Below, one piece after another: positions 50,926 through 64,000 of a stretch of 64,000 nucleotides of DNA. This DNA is from Amphiscolops sp. MND2022 (taxonomy: Eukaryota): positions 17,548,001 through 17,612,000 of the forward strand of contig OZ076409.1 in assembly GCA_964187785.1 (NCBI GenBank), given 5' to 3'. Made by a program: the position numbers and the translations under genes. Positions within the stretch are counted from its first letter, which is position 1. Each line of letters begins with the position of its first letter. The notes under the pieces were generated by a model. That model was not told where the DNA came from. It ran no database searches and saw only the letters and a program-made list of their open reading frames with translations.

Positions 50926-53900
50926 ATTGTCCCCGGGCCGTAGTTTGCCATCCTCGACAAACGAAAGAGGAAGTTCACGTCTTGGTTGCCATCATCATCA
51001 TCCAGTGATACCGTTTCCATCAACATAGTACTTCAGGAAGTCGTTGGCCAGAAAGAAGTCATTGTCCAGAAGATGAATTTGTGGTGCTAGCCTAGCAGGT
51101 TTTGTAAGATTCCACACCAACAATGGGTTCTAGCACTGGAAAAGCATTAGCAACTTGTCATCATTTTCAAAACGTTTTCAAACTTTTAAATTCGTACCAA
51201 AATATTTAGCACTTTGTGTTACCGCGTCTGTAAAAAAAGCGCTCATCACAACAAGTTTGGCACTGGCCTGGGGCCCACCTGATTGTCTAGGTTTTACAAA
51301 ATGCACGATAGCTCTTGATAAGCGAAAAGTAAAAGTAACAGCTGTGGTCTTGCTAAAGTGTTGTAGTTCATGGTCAACAGAAACTGAACAAAAAATAGTA
51401 CAAATGGTGCAACAGTCCTCGAAGAATCATAATTTCCACCAAAAGTGAAGACCCATTCAGTATATTGTGTTAGCAGTGTACGCGCAGACAAAATTATTGT
51501 CTAGGTAGTACAAGCACCAGTGTATATGTAAGAAACGATAGTAAGCTGCTTCTCTAGATGATGATTATTTCGATGGCTATGGTAGACAAGGACCCATGGA
51601 AGTTAAAAATCAGGCATGATACATCATTGAAACAAGTTTCGGCAATAAAATCACGTTCCATAGCAGTCATTTGAGATTAAAAAGCACAGCTTTTGGCCAA
51701 GCAGTTTTCAGAGCATCGAAGCTCCAGGTGTTTTATCCTGCTCGGTGTTGATTTCTTTCGGGAGGGAACAAGTACACCCCGGGCCAATCTCTTGTCCGGT
51801 GTTTTCACATCGACATGCTTCACTCAACTGAGGTAACGAGAACCACGGACAAATTCAACTTAGGCATGAATTGAGCAACGAACGCTGATTTTTGAGAGCC
51901 CCGCTAGGCTACGGACGTTAGATTGTTTGAAAATTCTTTTTGTCACTCATGCTGCCCTGTTTCTGGAGAGCACAAGTAAAAACGTAAATGTGATCAGGGA
52001 CTGGGGAGAGACCTTAGGGGCGAGTAGAAAGAGGAACACTGATTTTGAACTGATTTCTTGCCTTCCGATTGTCGTACGATCAGACAAAACGTTCTTGTTC
52101 AACAATGTTAGTCACTAATGTACTTGTTGTTTTGTTTTGAGATGCACCGCGTCCAAAGTCTGAACCTCTAAAAGTGCCTGTACACGCGCTCCAGCACCCG
52201 CGTTCACAAGGAATAACTTGCACGTTGGTGACTTTGATAGCAGTCAGGAGGTGAATTTCGATTTCTGGTTTTTCACCTCTATGTCTCGTAGACAGTTTTT
52301 CGACGAACCCAAGATCTGAGGGTTGGCCTACTTCTATTCAAAGTGCTTCAAACGGACGTGCTAGAAGTGGCTAGAGTAGTACTAGGGTCGTTTGAGCCCT
52401 CGCCTGAAGCTACACTTACGAAAACTGTGTGATTTTTTTCAAAAATTCTCAAAATCAGCAGTTTTTTGCAAAAATGCACGTCTGGGAAAAGTGAAAATCA
52501 CTTCTGGAGCTAGTAGTGACCTAAACATTTAACACGGCATACTACAGTGGCTGAATTGAGGGAAAATCACCACCGATTGTGCTAAAATTGATTTTGCGTT
52601 ACTTGCGGTCGCCTAACAATGTTGAACGGAAAATCGACTACGTTGTAAAATTCACACAAGTCTGTGAAACATGCCTTCTAGGCTTCCCAGTTTTCCAGAT
52701 GGCTGAAAATCTGTATACGAGCGTGAATTAGACCAACAGAACGGAAATACAATACAGTCGGGTGCCAGATCAATATTCTGCAATCGGAGTTGACAAAACT
52801 ATGATGTACCCTCTACGTCACTTTTTCGGGTCTAAATTCACAAAAAGTCTATTTCTCCAAGTTGGACTGTAGCAAGCTGCTCAAAAAGAACCAATCCTCG
52901 GGATCTAGTGCCGTACGTACAAAAATGCAAGACTTTTAATGCTGGGATACCTGCTAGGCATTGCACTGCTCAAATAAAATTCGATTTTTTCGACAATTTC
53001 GAACAGTTTTTGAAAGAAACTGCGGCTAAGAGTTCTCAATTACTGTTGACGGTAACGCTACGAAATTTTCACTACTAATGTAATTTTTTGCGGTCTACAC
53101 GATGGTGCAATCCGTTTGCGGCTACTCCTACTCAGAAAGAATTCAACCTGTCTCAGGAACACTACTCCAGTGTTCCGAAATTGTCACTGAAAAAACACGT
53201 TTTTGGCTATTTCTCGGCAACTACTTGTTGGAATCACTCGCAGTTTTCGGCGTATGCAATGTTAAACTCTATTGAAACAGAATATAGGCAAGCAAAACCT
53301 GGCAGATTCTAAATAAGGTCTCTCAAAAATTTTCAAATAACACCTTTCACACTCTGGAAATAATAAGAAAAATACGTGTTTTCCCTAGGAACTTTTTATT
53401 TCTCGGTTCCCTGATGTTCGGGTTTGTCCCAAAAGTAACGTATTAAGGTGTAACACAATTATTTAGGGGACTTTATTTGTTTCAATTATTAGTCCTGATG
53501 TTATAACTCCCAGGTCTATGGGGTCCTCTACTCAGGTCTATGTATATCAAAGGAAAGAAGCAGTTGAAGTATCACTTCATATTGGGGAAGGCTAAAAACT
53601 GTCTTGGCAGTAATGTTTAGTACTACCATGCTTGGGGAAAAGGTTTTTGGGCTGCTCTAAAAGCTTGGGAACAAACGCCCAAGGCTTCGCCCTCACCAAA
53701 TTTGGTCTATTAGGCCAAATTTGATGTTTTTTCAACAAATATCGCTAAATTTTTTAATGTTTCAACAATTCAGCTAAACAAATATGCTTCTTAAGCCACT
53801 AAATATGCAAAATGGCAATGTAACCCGGTTGACGTGGGGTAGGTGGCAATCAATCGAAGGAAGAAGGGCTGGTTATAAATCACGTCACCCCGTCATTTAC

Positions 53901-54088
53901 AGCTGGTGGAAACCTTCACACTGCGCCCTCGTTGTCCCGATACATTGTCAACATGCTGAAATAAAGCTACAGAACCCTTTAAAACCAGTTCCGGATAGGC
54001 CGGATTAACTATTTCAACAGGTATTGTAAAGGCAAAAGAAGTACAATGTTTTAAACCGGTTATTTCTCGTTTCAGACCTCGGAAAACA

Positions 54089-56488
54089 TGTTATCACCAG
54101 TATTTAGATACGAAACTGTCACTTCCAAAAAATCTTTTACCTCCATGTCACTTTAGAACGTCATTGGCGAACTGTTCAATCCGCTTGAACAAAGCATTCG
54201 TTCTTTATTTGATCACATTGAACAATTTTCCAAGAGATACATGTAGTTAACCTTACGATTAGGTTAACTGCTAAATAGGCTCAGACTGCCCAAAATTCGA
54301 AGACTATCAAGATCGTTCAATGTGCCCTCTAGTCTTTATTATCTCGTCTCTAGTCTTAATTATCTAGTTCTTTATTATCATATGGAAAAAATTAATGAAA
54401 AAGTTTCAGAAAATTTTTTGAAATTGCGTGGTTCCAAATTAATACCCAAACCACAGAATTAAAACTATTACTAACCTAATTTCGTGCGAAACAAATTTGT
54501 GAAAATGTTCGGATTTTTTGGGTATGACAAAATGCCTCCAAAACATTCGAAACTCATATATTTTGAAAAATTTTGACGTCTCGCGTTTACATTTGTAAAA
54601 TTACCGAGAAAATTGTGCATAGGAAAAGCTACGCAGTACTTTTTTTGAAGTTCAGGTCACAGTTTTTTGCTATGAAAAACAACTCAGAACGTTCTCAATC
54701 TAGTCGAAAATCAGGAAACTCCCTTTTCAGTCAGCACTTTCGTAGGAAGAGCAGACTTTAGTAGTGACTTTTTCATTTGTAAAAGCATTTACGACTGACA
54801 AAATAACAAATTTTATAAAGTTTTGAAGCTGCTGCTTAGTGTGATTATCCTCTTTTTCAGAGTTGTCATTTGTGATTGAAATATCGTCTAGGTTTAGTCA
54901 TTCTGGTGCTAAGGTTTGGCTGGATGTCTTAAATGTCTCATTTGTGAGGCCCTTAGAGAATAGTCTTCTTATTCTGATTCTGAATTTCTGTTATTCGATG
55001 CGTGAACTCCTAAAGAATGAATATTCTTGGATATCGAAGGCTGTACATTTTGCATTTTATATGATTTTTATCTAGGATTTGTCATGGTTGAAACAGTTTT
55101 CTTTGATCCTATCTTTTTCAAAACCGCTTCGAATTTGTCCCACTTCAAGTCTCAACCATCCTTTCCTTTCATTGTTTTTCTGCTCAATGATCTGAGTCCA
55201 AACTAGGATTTCAATACATATTTGACCAGGTTCAGTCAATTAGAAACCTAAGATTATTCCACCTAGACATTCTTTGCAATCAATGTTGTTATTAGTTGAA
55301 GTCACATAACCTCAGGTCATGTTGGAAGGAGTTTCTGCTTCTACGTTGTTTGTGCTTCCTGTGGAGGAGGACGTTGTAGTCTTTTAAAACTCCATTTTTT
55401 CCCATTTTGTTCCAGTGAAAAGTGTGGTTTGTTCTTAGAAATTTTTGAAAGTTTTTTTGATGAACAGCGTTGAAGAAACACGGAATTGCAAATGATTGAG
55501 ATGCTTTTCCAGAGTGTTACTGCTGTAGGCGAAGGTTATTTCACAAGTGATTGATAACTAACTGCATTGTTAATTTCAACATCAAAAAACGTGATATACC
55601 CTGAGTATCATCATTCAAATTTTGATATTATTAGGATGACATCAAGATGTCAATGTTCTATTTATATCCTACAAACTCATATTGCATGACTTCCAAATTA
55701 CAACTATAAGGTTCCATGAAACCCTACAGATGACGTATGTTGATGAATAACGTTTTCACAGTTAATGCCTATATAACGTCCACCTAGCAGCGTACATCAA
55801 AGAAGTGGTATAATGCCTAGGGTGCTCAAACAGGACACCGTTGTCTTACTACAGCTCTAGAAATTAGTTCTTAATCCCGAAATGGTCTTCTAAAAGGGAC
55901 TTTTTCAAACGTCAAAAGAGGCTCCTCAGTTAGAGCTCCGTGGCGACGTGCCGGCGCACTCAAAGTCCGGACACGTCCCACAAGCCTGTAAAAACGTACC
56001 TAAAGGTTCCTAACGTCACTGCGACTTCCTACATACTTCCGAGGCCTAAAAACAAGGGTTTAGCCAAAGTGCACGTTGTTCACGAAATAACGTCTAAAAC
56101 AAAGACCGAATATATCCATATTATCAAGTTCCTGTGAAACTACATTGATATTAACAGAATTAATCAACCAAGGTTTTTCTGGATCTTTCATGAGGGTTTC
56201 GGAGTTCTTAATAAAGTCCATTGATGGAATGTACGTCTTTTTCGAGTCTTCTCAGGCATTTTTCGGGTTGAGATGGCACAAGACTGGAATTCTCTGCCTT
56301 TTCCTTCTTCTGGGGTTCTTTTCTGCTTGTCTTTCGCACATCGGGGTGGGATGGGGGTGTCTTGTTGCTTTTTTTGCTCCTTTTTCGTTTTTCTGTACTT
56401 GCCAGGTCGGCCATTTCGAATTGACTTGTTTGATATTGCACGCTTTTTCAATTTCAACGAATTTTTGTCTCGACTGCCTGACGTTACA
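54089..56488. repeat. dispersed direct duplication copy B
   Basis: Colinear with 48563-50925, with scattered substitutions and indels. Confidence 0.93.
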
Positions 56489-58007
56489 AAAGCAGCGTGT
56501 AAAAGCTGAGCACCAAATCAAATTGTTTCAAGTGAAAACGTATAGTGTCGTATACTCGTTGAGCATCGAAGTGCATAATACCGTAAATAGTATTATGTAA
56601 AAAAGTATGTTGTCTTGTATACCTCAGACCTCGAACCGCATAGTGCCGAATAGTGATACTATGCAAAAACGTATGCATGACGTAGGTTCGAGTCACATAC
56701 TTGTGTTCTAAAAATAATTTATGCCTGCAAAAAAGTGAGACTAAATGATGTTACTTCTTCGGCATTTTCCATGGCGTTTTTACGGCACTACGCGATTTTT
56801 TTCTAAAGTTTTTTGAGTACTCCTAATTTTATTTTCAGCAGAATCGAGGCGTTTTGCGAGCTAAGATGGCCACCTTAGGTTTTTTGGCACTATGCGATAT
56901 ACCAAAGCTGTTTCTTGGAAAAATATTGAATTAGAAGAACTCGAATTGTTTTTCAACAAGGTTTTATCTTTAAATTTTGAAATAACAAAAACCGCCTCCC
57001 AAGTCATAAAGATGCCAACTTTGGTTGTACTATTGGACAGATGAGAGTTTTCTCAAAACCTGTGGAAAAGACCAACGGTTTATCGGCACTCTGTGACGTT
57101 TTTTCAAATGCTTAATTTGATCAAAAGGAACCTATCCCTTTCACCTTTTACATTTTTTGCCTCGTTTAGCGAATTTCAAGGATGTCCTTGTGGATTCTTG
57201 GTCTTGTGAGGCTTTTTCTGGAAAACAAAAATTGACGTGTTTTCAAAAAATGTGGTTTTTGATGTACTGGAGTAAAAGCATTGTTTTCGAGGTTTATGGG
57301 TTTTGCTTCAGGTTTTTTTTGCTGCTGTAAATTAGAAGAAAACTTTCAGAATACTGTCTTTATGTATAAACATTCGCTTTTTTGAAACTTAACATTTTGA
57401 TGACATTTTTGTAAAACTTCGCGAAACGTTCAGCAACAAACTAAATAGATATCCAGTATGCTTTTTGGAAAAATATATGTAGTTTCTAGTTCGAAAAGCT
57501 GCACAGAATGATCTCAAAATAATCAAAAAGTTCATAATTTCAGTACGCAGTTTTTTAATCAAAATTTGTCGTTTTTTGCTGAAAAGATACGTAATGATGA
57601 TGCAAAACAGTCAAAAAATCCTAAATTTAACGATTGTCGTTTTTTTTCTATTCAGGTTTCAAATTTATTTGAGAACGTTCATGGATTAGGTTGTCGAAAT
57701 TGTTCAACGACGAGTCAACTAGTTGTTCAGTACGCGTTTTCAAAGAAAAACTTGCTGATTCCGTCATTTAAAATGTTCAAAAAATTCAAGAACAATTGGA
57801 CTGGCTCCCAATTACAATGTTTTGTTTCTTCGTTAGAAAAGTGCCTCAAACAAATCAATATTATCAAAAGCTGCTTTTTTGACAATGATTGCGTAGACTG
57901 GGGTTTCCTTTGAACTGAACGTTGCAAGGATGGGCTATTCAGCATGGTGTTAGGTTTAGAAGAGAATGTGGGATTTGCTGTCAAAAAATCTCGTCGAAAT
58001 GTCCACT

Positions 58008-61000
58008 AATTAACAAAAGTTAAGAACTTTTCTAATTGTTGACAACTTTTTCACATTTTCAAACCCAGATCATTCGTTAACTTCTTGAATTTAAAAAGCT
58101 ATCAGACTCAGCAATTAAATATTTAGCTATCAGTAGTTTCGAAGCGAAACCGGACAAAATTGTACGAAAAACCTTTGAACTGTATTGAGGAGGTCCTTTG
58201 CTGTTTTTTGTCTCGGGGAAATTTTTATTTCGAAAACTTTCTCGTGTCACAAAAGATTCATTTACCATATTCTCATTTTCCAATTTTTAAGAAAGCTTTT
58301 TCATTTTTTATAGTTCGAATTAACAAAAGTTCCGAAATTTTCTAATTGTTGACAACTTTTTCACATTTTCAAACCCACACCATTCGTTAACTTCTTGAAT
58401 TTAAAAAGCTATCAGACTCAGCAATTAAATATTTAGCTATCAGTAGTTTCGAAGCGGAACCGGACAAAATTGTATGAAAAACCTTTGAACTGTATTGAGG
58501 AGGTCCTTTGCTGTTTTTTGTATCGGGGAAATTTCTATTTCGAAAATTTTCTCGTGTCACAAAAGATTCATTTACCATATTCTCATTTTCCAATTTTTAA
58601 GAAAACATTTTCATTTTTTATAGTTCGAATTAACAAAAGTTCCGAAATTTTCTAATTGTTGACAACTTTTTCACATTTTCAAACCCACACCATTCGTTAA
58701 CTTCTTGAATTTAAAAAGCTATCAGACTCAGCAATTAAATATTTAGCTATCAGTAGTTTCGAAGCGGAACCGGACAAAATTGTATGAAAAACCTTTGAAC
58801 TGTATTGAGGAGGTCCTTTGCTGTTTTTTGTATCGGGGAAATTTCTATTTCGAAAATTTTCTCGTGTCACAAAAGATTCATTTACCATATTCTCATTTTC
58901 CAATTTTTAAGAAAACATTTTCATTTTTTATAGTTCGAATTAACAAAAGTTACGAAATTTTCTAATTGTTGGCAACTTTCTCACATTTTCAAAACCACAC
59001 CATTCGTTAACTTCTTGAATTTAAAAAGCTATCAGACTCAGCAATTGAATATTTAGCTATCAGTAGTTTCGAAACGAAACCGGACAAAATTGTACGAAAA
59101 ACCTTTGAACTGTATTGAGGAGGTCCTTCGCTGTTTTTTTGTCTCGGGGAAATTTTTATTTCGAAAACTTTCTCGTGTCACAAAAGATTCATTTACCATA
59201 TTCTCATTTTCCAATTTTTAAGAAAGCTTTTTCATTTTTTATAGTTCGAATTAACAAAAGTTCCAAAATTTTCTAACTGTTGACAACTTTTTCACATTTT
59301 CAAACCCACACCATTCGTTAACTTCTTGAATTTAAAAAGCTATCAGACTCAGCAATTAAATATTTAGCTATCAGTAGTTTCGAAGCGGAACCGGACAAAA
59401 TTGTATGAAAAACCTTTGAACTGTATTGAGGAGGTCCTTTGCTGTTTTTTGTCTCGGGGAAAATTTTATTTCGAAAATTTTCTCGTGTCACAAAAGATTC
59501 ATTTACCATATTCTCAAATTCCAATTTTTAAGAAAGCTTTTTCTTTTTTTATAGTTCGAATTAACAAAAGTTCCGAAATTTTCTAATTGTTGACAACTTT
59601 CTCACATTTTCAAAACCACACCATTCGTTAACTTCTTGAATTTAAAAAGCTATCAGACTCAGCAATTAAATATTTAGCTATCAGTAGTTTCGAAGCGGAA
59701 CAGGACAAAATTGTATGAAAAACCTTTGAACTGTATTGAGGAGGTCCTTTGCTGTTTTTTGTCTCGGGGAAAATTTTATTTCGAAAATTTTCTCGTGTCA
59801 CAAAAGATTCATTTACCATATTCTCAATTTCCAATTTTTAAGAAAGCTTTTTCATTTTTTATAGTTCGAATTAACAAAAGTTCCGAAATTTTCTAATTGT
59901 TGACAACTTTCTCACATTTTCAAAACCACACCATTCGTTAACTTCTTGAATTTAAAAAGCTATCAGACTCAACAATTGAATATTTAGCTATCAGTAGTTT
60001 CGAAGCGAAACCGGACAAAATTGTATGAAAAACCTTTGAACTGTATTGAGGAGGTATTCTGCTGTTTTTTTTGTCTCAGGGAATTTTTTTTCGAAAGTTT
60101 TCTCGTGTCACAAAAGATTCATTTACCATAAACTCATTTTCCAATTTTTAAGAAGGCTTTTTCATTTTTTATAGTTCGAATTAACAAAAGTTAAGAAATT
60201 TTCTAATTGTTGACAACTTTTTCACATTTTCAAACCCACACCATTCGTTAACTTCTCGAATTTAAAAAGCTATCAGACTCAGCAATTAAATATTTAGCTA
60301 TCAGTAGTTTCGAAGCGGAACCGGACAAAATTGTATGAAAAACCTTTGAACTGTATTGAGGAGGTCCTTTGCTGTTTTTTGTCTCGGTAAATTTTTATTC
60401 CGAAAATTTTCTCGTGTCACAACACATTCATTTACCATATTCTCATTTTCCAATTTTTAAGAAAGCTTTTTCATTTTTTATAGTTCGAATTAACAAAAGT
60501 TCCGAATTTTTCTAATTGTTGACAACTTTTCACATTTTCAAACCCACACCATTCGTTAACTTCTTGAACTTAAAAAGCTATCAGACTCAGCATTTAAATA
60601 TTTAGCTATCAGTAGTTTCGAAGCGAAACCGGACAAAATTGTATGAAAAACCTTTGAACTGTATTGAGGAGGTATTCTGCTGTTTTTTTGTCTCAGGGAA
60701 TTTTTTTTCGAAAGTTTTCTCGTGTCACAAAAGATTCATTTACCATAAACTCATTTTCCAATTTTTAAGAAGGCTTTTTCATTTTTTATAGTTCGAATTA
60801 ACAAAAGTTAAGAAATTTTCTAATTGTTGACAACTTTTTCACATTTTCAAACCCACACCATTCGTTAACTTCTCGAATTTAAAAAGCTATCAGACTCAGC
60901 AATTAAATATTTAGCTATCAGTAGTTTCGAAGCGGAACCGGACAAAATTGTATGAAAAACCTTTGAACTGTATTGAGGAGGTTCTTTGCTGTTTTTTGTC

Positions 61001-64000
61001 TCGGGGAAGTTTTCATTTCGAAAAGTTTCTCGTGTCACAAAAGATTTATTTACCATATTCTCATTTTCCAATTTTAAAGAAAGCTTTTTCATTTTTTATA
61101 GTTCGAATTAACAAAAGTTCCGAAATTTTCTAATTGTTGACAAGTTTTTCACATTTTCAAACCCACACCATTCGTTAACATCTTGAATTTAAAAAGCTAT
61201 CAGACTCAGCAATTAAATACTTAGCTATCAGTAGTTTCGAAGCGAAACCGGACAAAATTGTATGAAAAACCTTTGAACTGTATTGAGGAGGTCCTTTGCT
61301 GTTTTTTGTCTCGGTGAAATTTTTATTTCGAAAATTTTCTCGTGTCACAAAAGATTCATTTACCATATTCTCATTTTCCAATTTTTAAGAAAGCTTTTTC
61401 ATTTTTTATAGTTCGATTTAACAAAAGTTAAGAAATTTTCTAAATGTTGACAACTTTTTCACATTTTCAAACCCACACCATTCGTTAATTTCTTGAATTT
61501 AAAAAGCTATCAGACTCAGCAATTAAATAATTAGCTATCAGTAGTTTCGAAGCGAAACCGGACAAAATTGTATGAAAAACCTTTGAACTGTATTGAGGAG
61601 GTTCTTTGCTGTTTATTGTCTTGGGGAAATTTTTATTTCGAAAAGTTTCTCGTGTCACAAAAGATTCATTTACCATAATCTCATTTTCCAATTTTCAAGA
61701 AAGCTTTTTCATTTTTTATAGTTCGAATTAACAAAAGTTCCGAAATTTTCTAAGTGTTGACAACTTTTTCACATTTTCAAACCCACACCATTCGTTAACT
61801 TCTTGAATTTAAAAAGCTATCAGACTCAGCAATTAAATAATTAGCTATCAGTAGTTTCGAAGCGAAACCGGACAAAATTGTATGAAAAAACTTTGAACTG
61901 TATTGAGGAGGTCCTTTGCTGTTTTTTGTCTCGGGGAAGTTTTTATTTCGAAAAATTTCTCGTGTCACAAAAGATTCATTTACCATTTTCTCATTTTCCA
62001 ATTTTTAAGAAAGCTTTTTCATTTTTTATAGTTCGAATTAACAAAAGTTCCGAAAATTTCTAAGTGTTGACAACTTTTTCACATTTTCAAACCCACACCA
62101 TTCGTTAACTTCTTGAATTTAAAAAGCTATCAGACTCAGCAATTAAATACTTAGCTATCAGTAGTTTCGAAGCGAAACCGGACAAAATTGTATGCAAAAC
62201 CTTTGAACTGTATTGAGGAGGTCTTTTGCTGTTTTTTGTCCGGGGAAATTTTTATTTCGAAAATTTTCTCGTGTCACAAAAGATTCATTTACCATAGTCT
62301 CATTTTCCAATTTTTAAGAAAGCGTTTTCATTTTTTATAGTAAGAATTAACAAAAGTTAAGAAATTTTCTAATTGTTGACAACTTTTTCACATTTTCAAA
62401 CCCACACCATTCGTTAACTTCTTGAATTTAAAAAGCTATCAGACTCAGCAATTAAATACTTAGCTATCAGTAGTTTCGAAGCGAAACCGGACAAAATTGT
62501 ATGCAAAACCTTTGAACTGTATTGAGGAGGTCCTTTGCTGTTTTTTGTCTCGGTGAAATTTTTATTTCGAAAATTTTCTCGTGTCACAAAGATTCATTTA
62601 CCATATTCTCATTTTCCAATTTTTAAGAAAGCGTTTTCATTTTTTATAGTTCGAATTAACAAAAGTTAAGAAATTTTCTAATTGTTGACAACTTTTTCAC
62701 ATTTTCAAACCCACACCATTCGTTAACTTCTTGAATTTAAAAAGCTATCAGACTCAGCAATTAAATAATTAGCTATCAGTAGTTTCGAAGCGAAACCGGA
62801 CAAAATTGTATGAAAAAACTTTGAACTGTATTGAGGAGGTCCTTTGCTGTTTTTTGTCTCGGGGAAGTTTTTATTTCGAAAAATTTCTCGTGTCACAAAA
62901 GATTCATTTACCATTTTCTCATTTTCCAATTTTTAAGAAAGCTTTTTCATTTTTTATAGTTCGAATTAACAAAAGTTCCGAAAATTTCTAAGTGTTGACA
63001 ACTTTTTCACATTTTCAAACCCACACCATTCGTTAACTTCTTGAATTTAAAAAGCTATCAGACTCAGCAATTAAATACTTAGCTATCAGTAGTTTCGAAG
63101 CGAAACCGGACAAAATTGTATGCAAAACCTTTGAACTGTATTGAGGAGGTCTTTTGCTGTTTTTTGTCCGGGGAAATTTTTATTTCGAAAATTTTCTCGT
63201 GTCACAAAAGATTCATTTACCATAGTCTCATTTTCCAATTTTTAAGAAAGCGTTTTCATTTTTTATAGTAAGAATTAACAAAAGTTAAGAAATTTTCTAA
63301 TTGTTGACAACTTTTTCACATTTTCAAACCCACACCATTCGTTAACTTCTTGAATTTAAAAAGCTATCAGACTCAGCAATTAAATAATTAGCTATCAGTA
63401 GTTTCGAAGCGAAACCGGACAAAATTGTATGAAAAAACTTTGAACTGTATTGAGGAGGTCGTTTGCTGTTTTTTGTGTCGGGAAAGTTTTTATTTCGAAA
63501 AGTTTCTCGTGTCACAAAAGATTCATTTACCATTTTCTCATTTTCCAATTTTTAAGAAAGCTTTTTCATTTTTTATAGTTCGAATTAACAAAAGTTCCTA
63601 AATTTTCTAAATGTTGACAACTTTTTCACATTCTCAAACCCACACCATTCGTTAACTTCTTGAATTTAAAAAGCTATCAGACTCAGCAATTAAATACTTA
63701 GCTATCAGTAGTTTCGAAGCGAAACCGGACAAAATTATATGCAAAACCTTTGAACTGTATTGAGGAGGTCCTTTGCTGTTTTTTGTCCGGGGAAATTTTT
63801 ATTTCGAAAATTTTCTCGTGTCACAAAGATTCATTTACCATATTCTCATTTTCCAATTTTTAAGAAAGCGTTTTCATTTTTTATAGTAAGAATTAACAAA
63901 AGTTAAGAAATTTTCTAATTGTTGACAACTTTTTCACATTTTCAAACCCACACCATTCGTTAACTTCTTGATTTTAAAAAGCTATCAGACTCAGCAATTA
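58008..64000. repeat. 310-bp satellite array, ~19 monomers, runs off the window end
   Basis: aattaacaaaagt...ccattcgttaacttcttgaatttaaaaagctatcagactc recurs every 309-311 bp. Confidence 0.98.

Noticed and set aside
41500..58000. Host protein-coding genes among the short ORFs
   Set aside because: Short Phe/Lys-rich frames from A/T tracts, with no recognisable domains or consistent exon chain
58077..63548. Repeated 61-75 aa ORFs (MENEN.., MYEKP..)
   Set aside because: By-products of the satellite monomer; broken by indels in many units and mostly non-ATG starts
58008..64000. CRISPR-like array
   Set aside because: Whole 310-bp units repeat with no unique spacers; eukaryotic context, no cas genes

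Overview
Eukaryotic (metazoan-like), almost entirely repeat-derived 64 kb window; I see no recognisable host gene. In order it contains: (1) a decayed GalEa-type Ty1/copia element with ~80-bp LTRs (442-5297); (2) a near-identical 3,125-bp tandem duplication (4726-10970) overlapping a fragmented hAT transposase relic on the minus strand; (3) an 18.6-kb Ty3/Gypsy element (12834-31409) with 1,186-bp LTRs, CTCCG target-site duplication, gag starting inside the LTR, a -1 frameshift heptamer and two internal duplications; (4) a Helentron-associated (HINE/DINE-like) element with a tRNA-like segment (33679-34215); (5) a second, decayed Gypsy (~36250-41475); (6) palindromes and a 2.4-kb dispersed duplication; (7) a 310-bp satellite from ~58008 to the window end. 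The main finding is inside the large Gypsy: between pol and the 3' LTR lies an antisense gene (29431->25164) that I could splice by hand into 8 phase-consistent GT-AG coding exons (~1,170 aa). It has a BED-like zinc finger and a hAT-transposase-like C-terminal half that appears to lack the catalytic motifs, suggesting a retrotransposon carrying a spliced, DNA-transposase-derived accessory gene. All domain calls are by eye and need profile searches.
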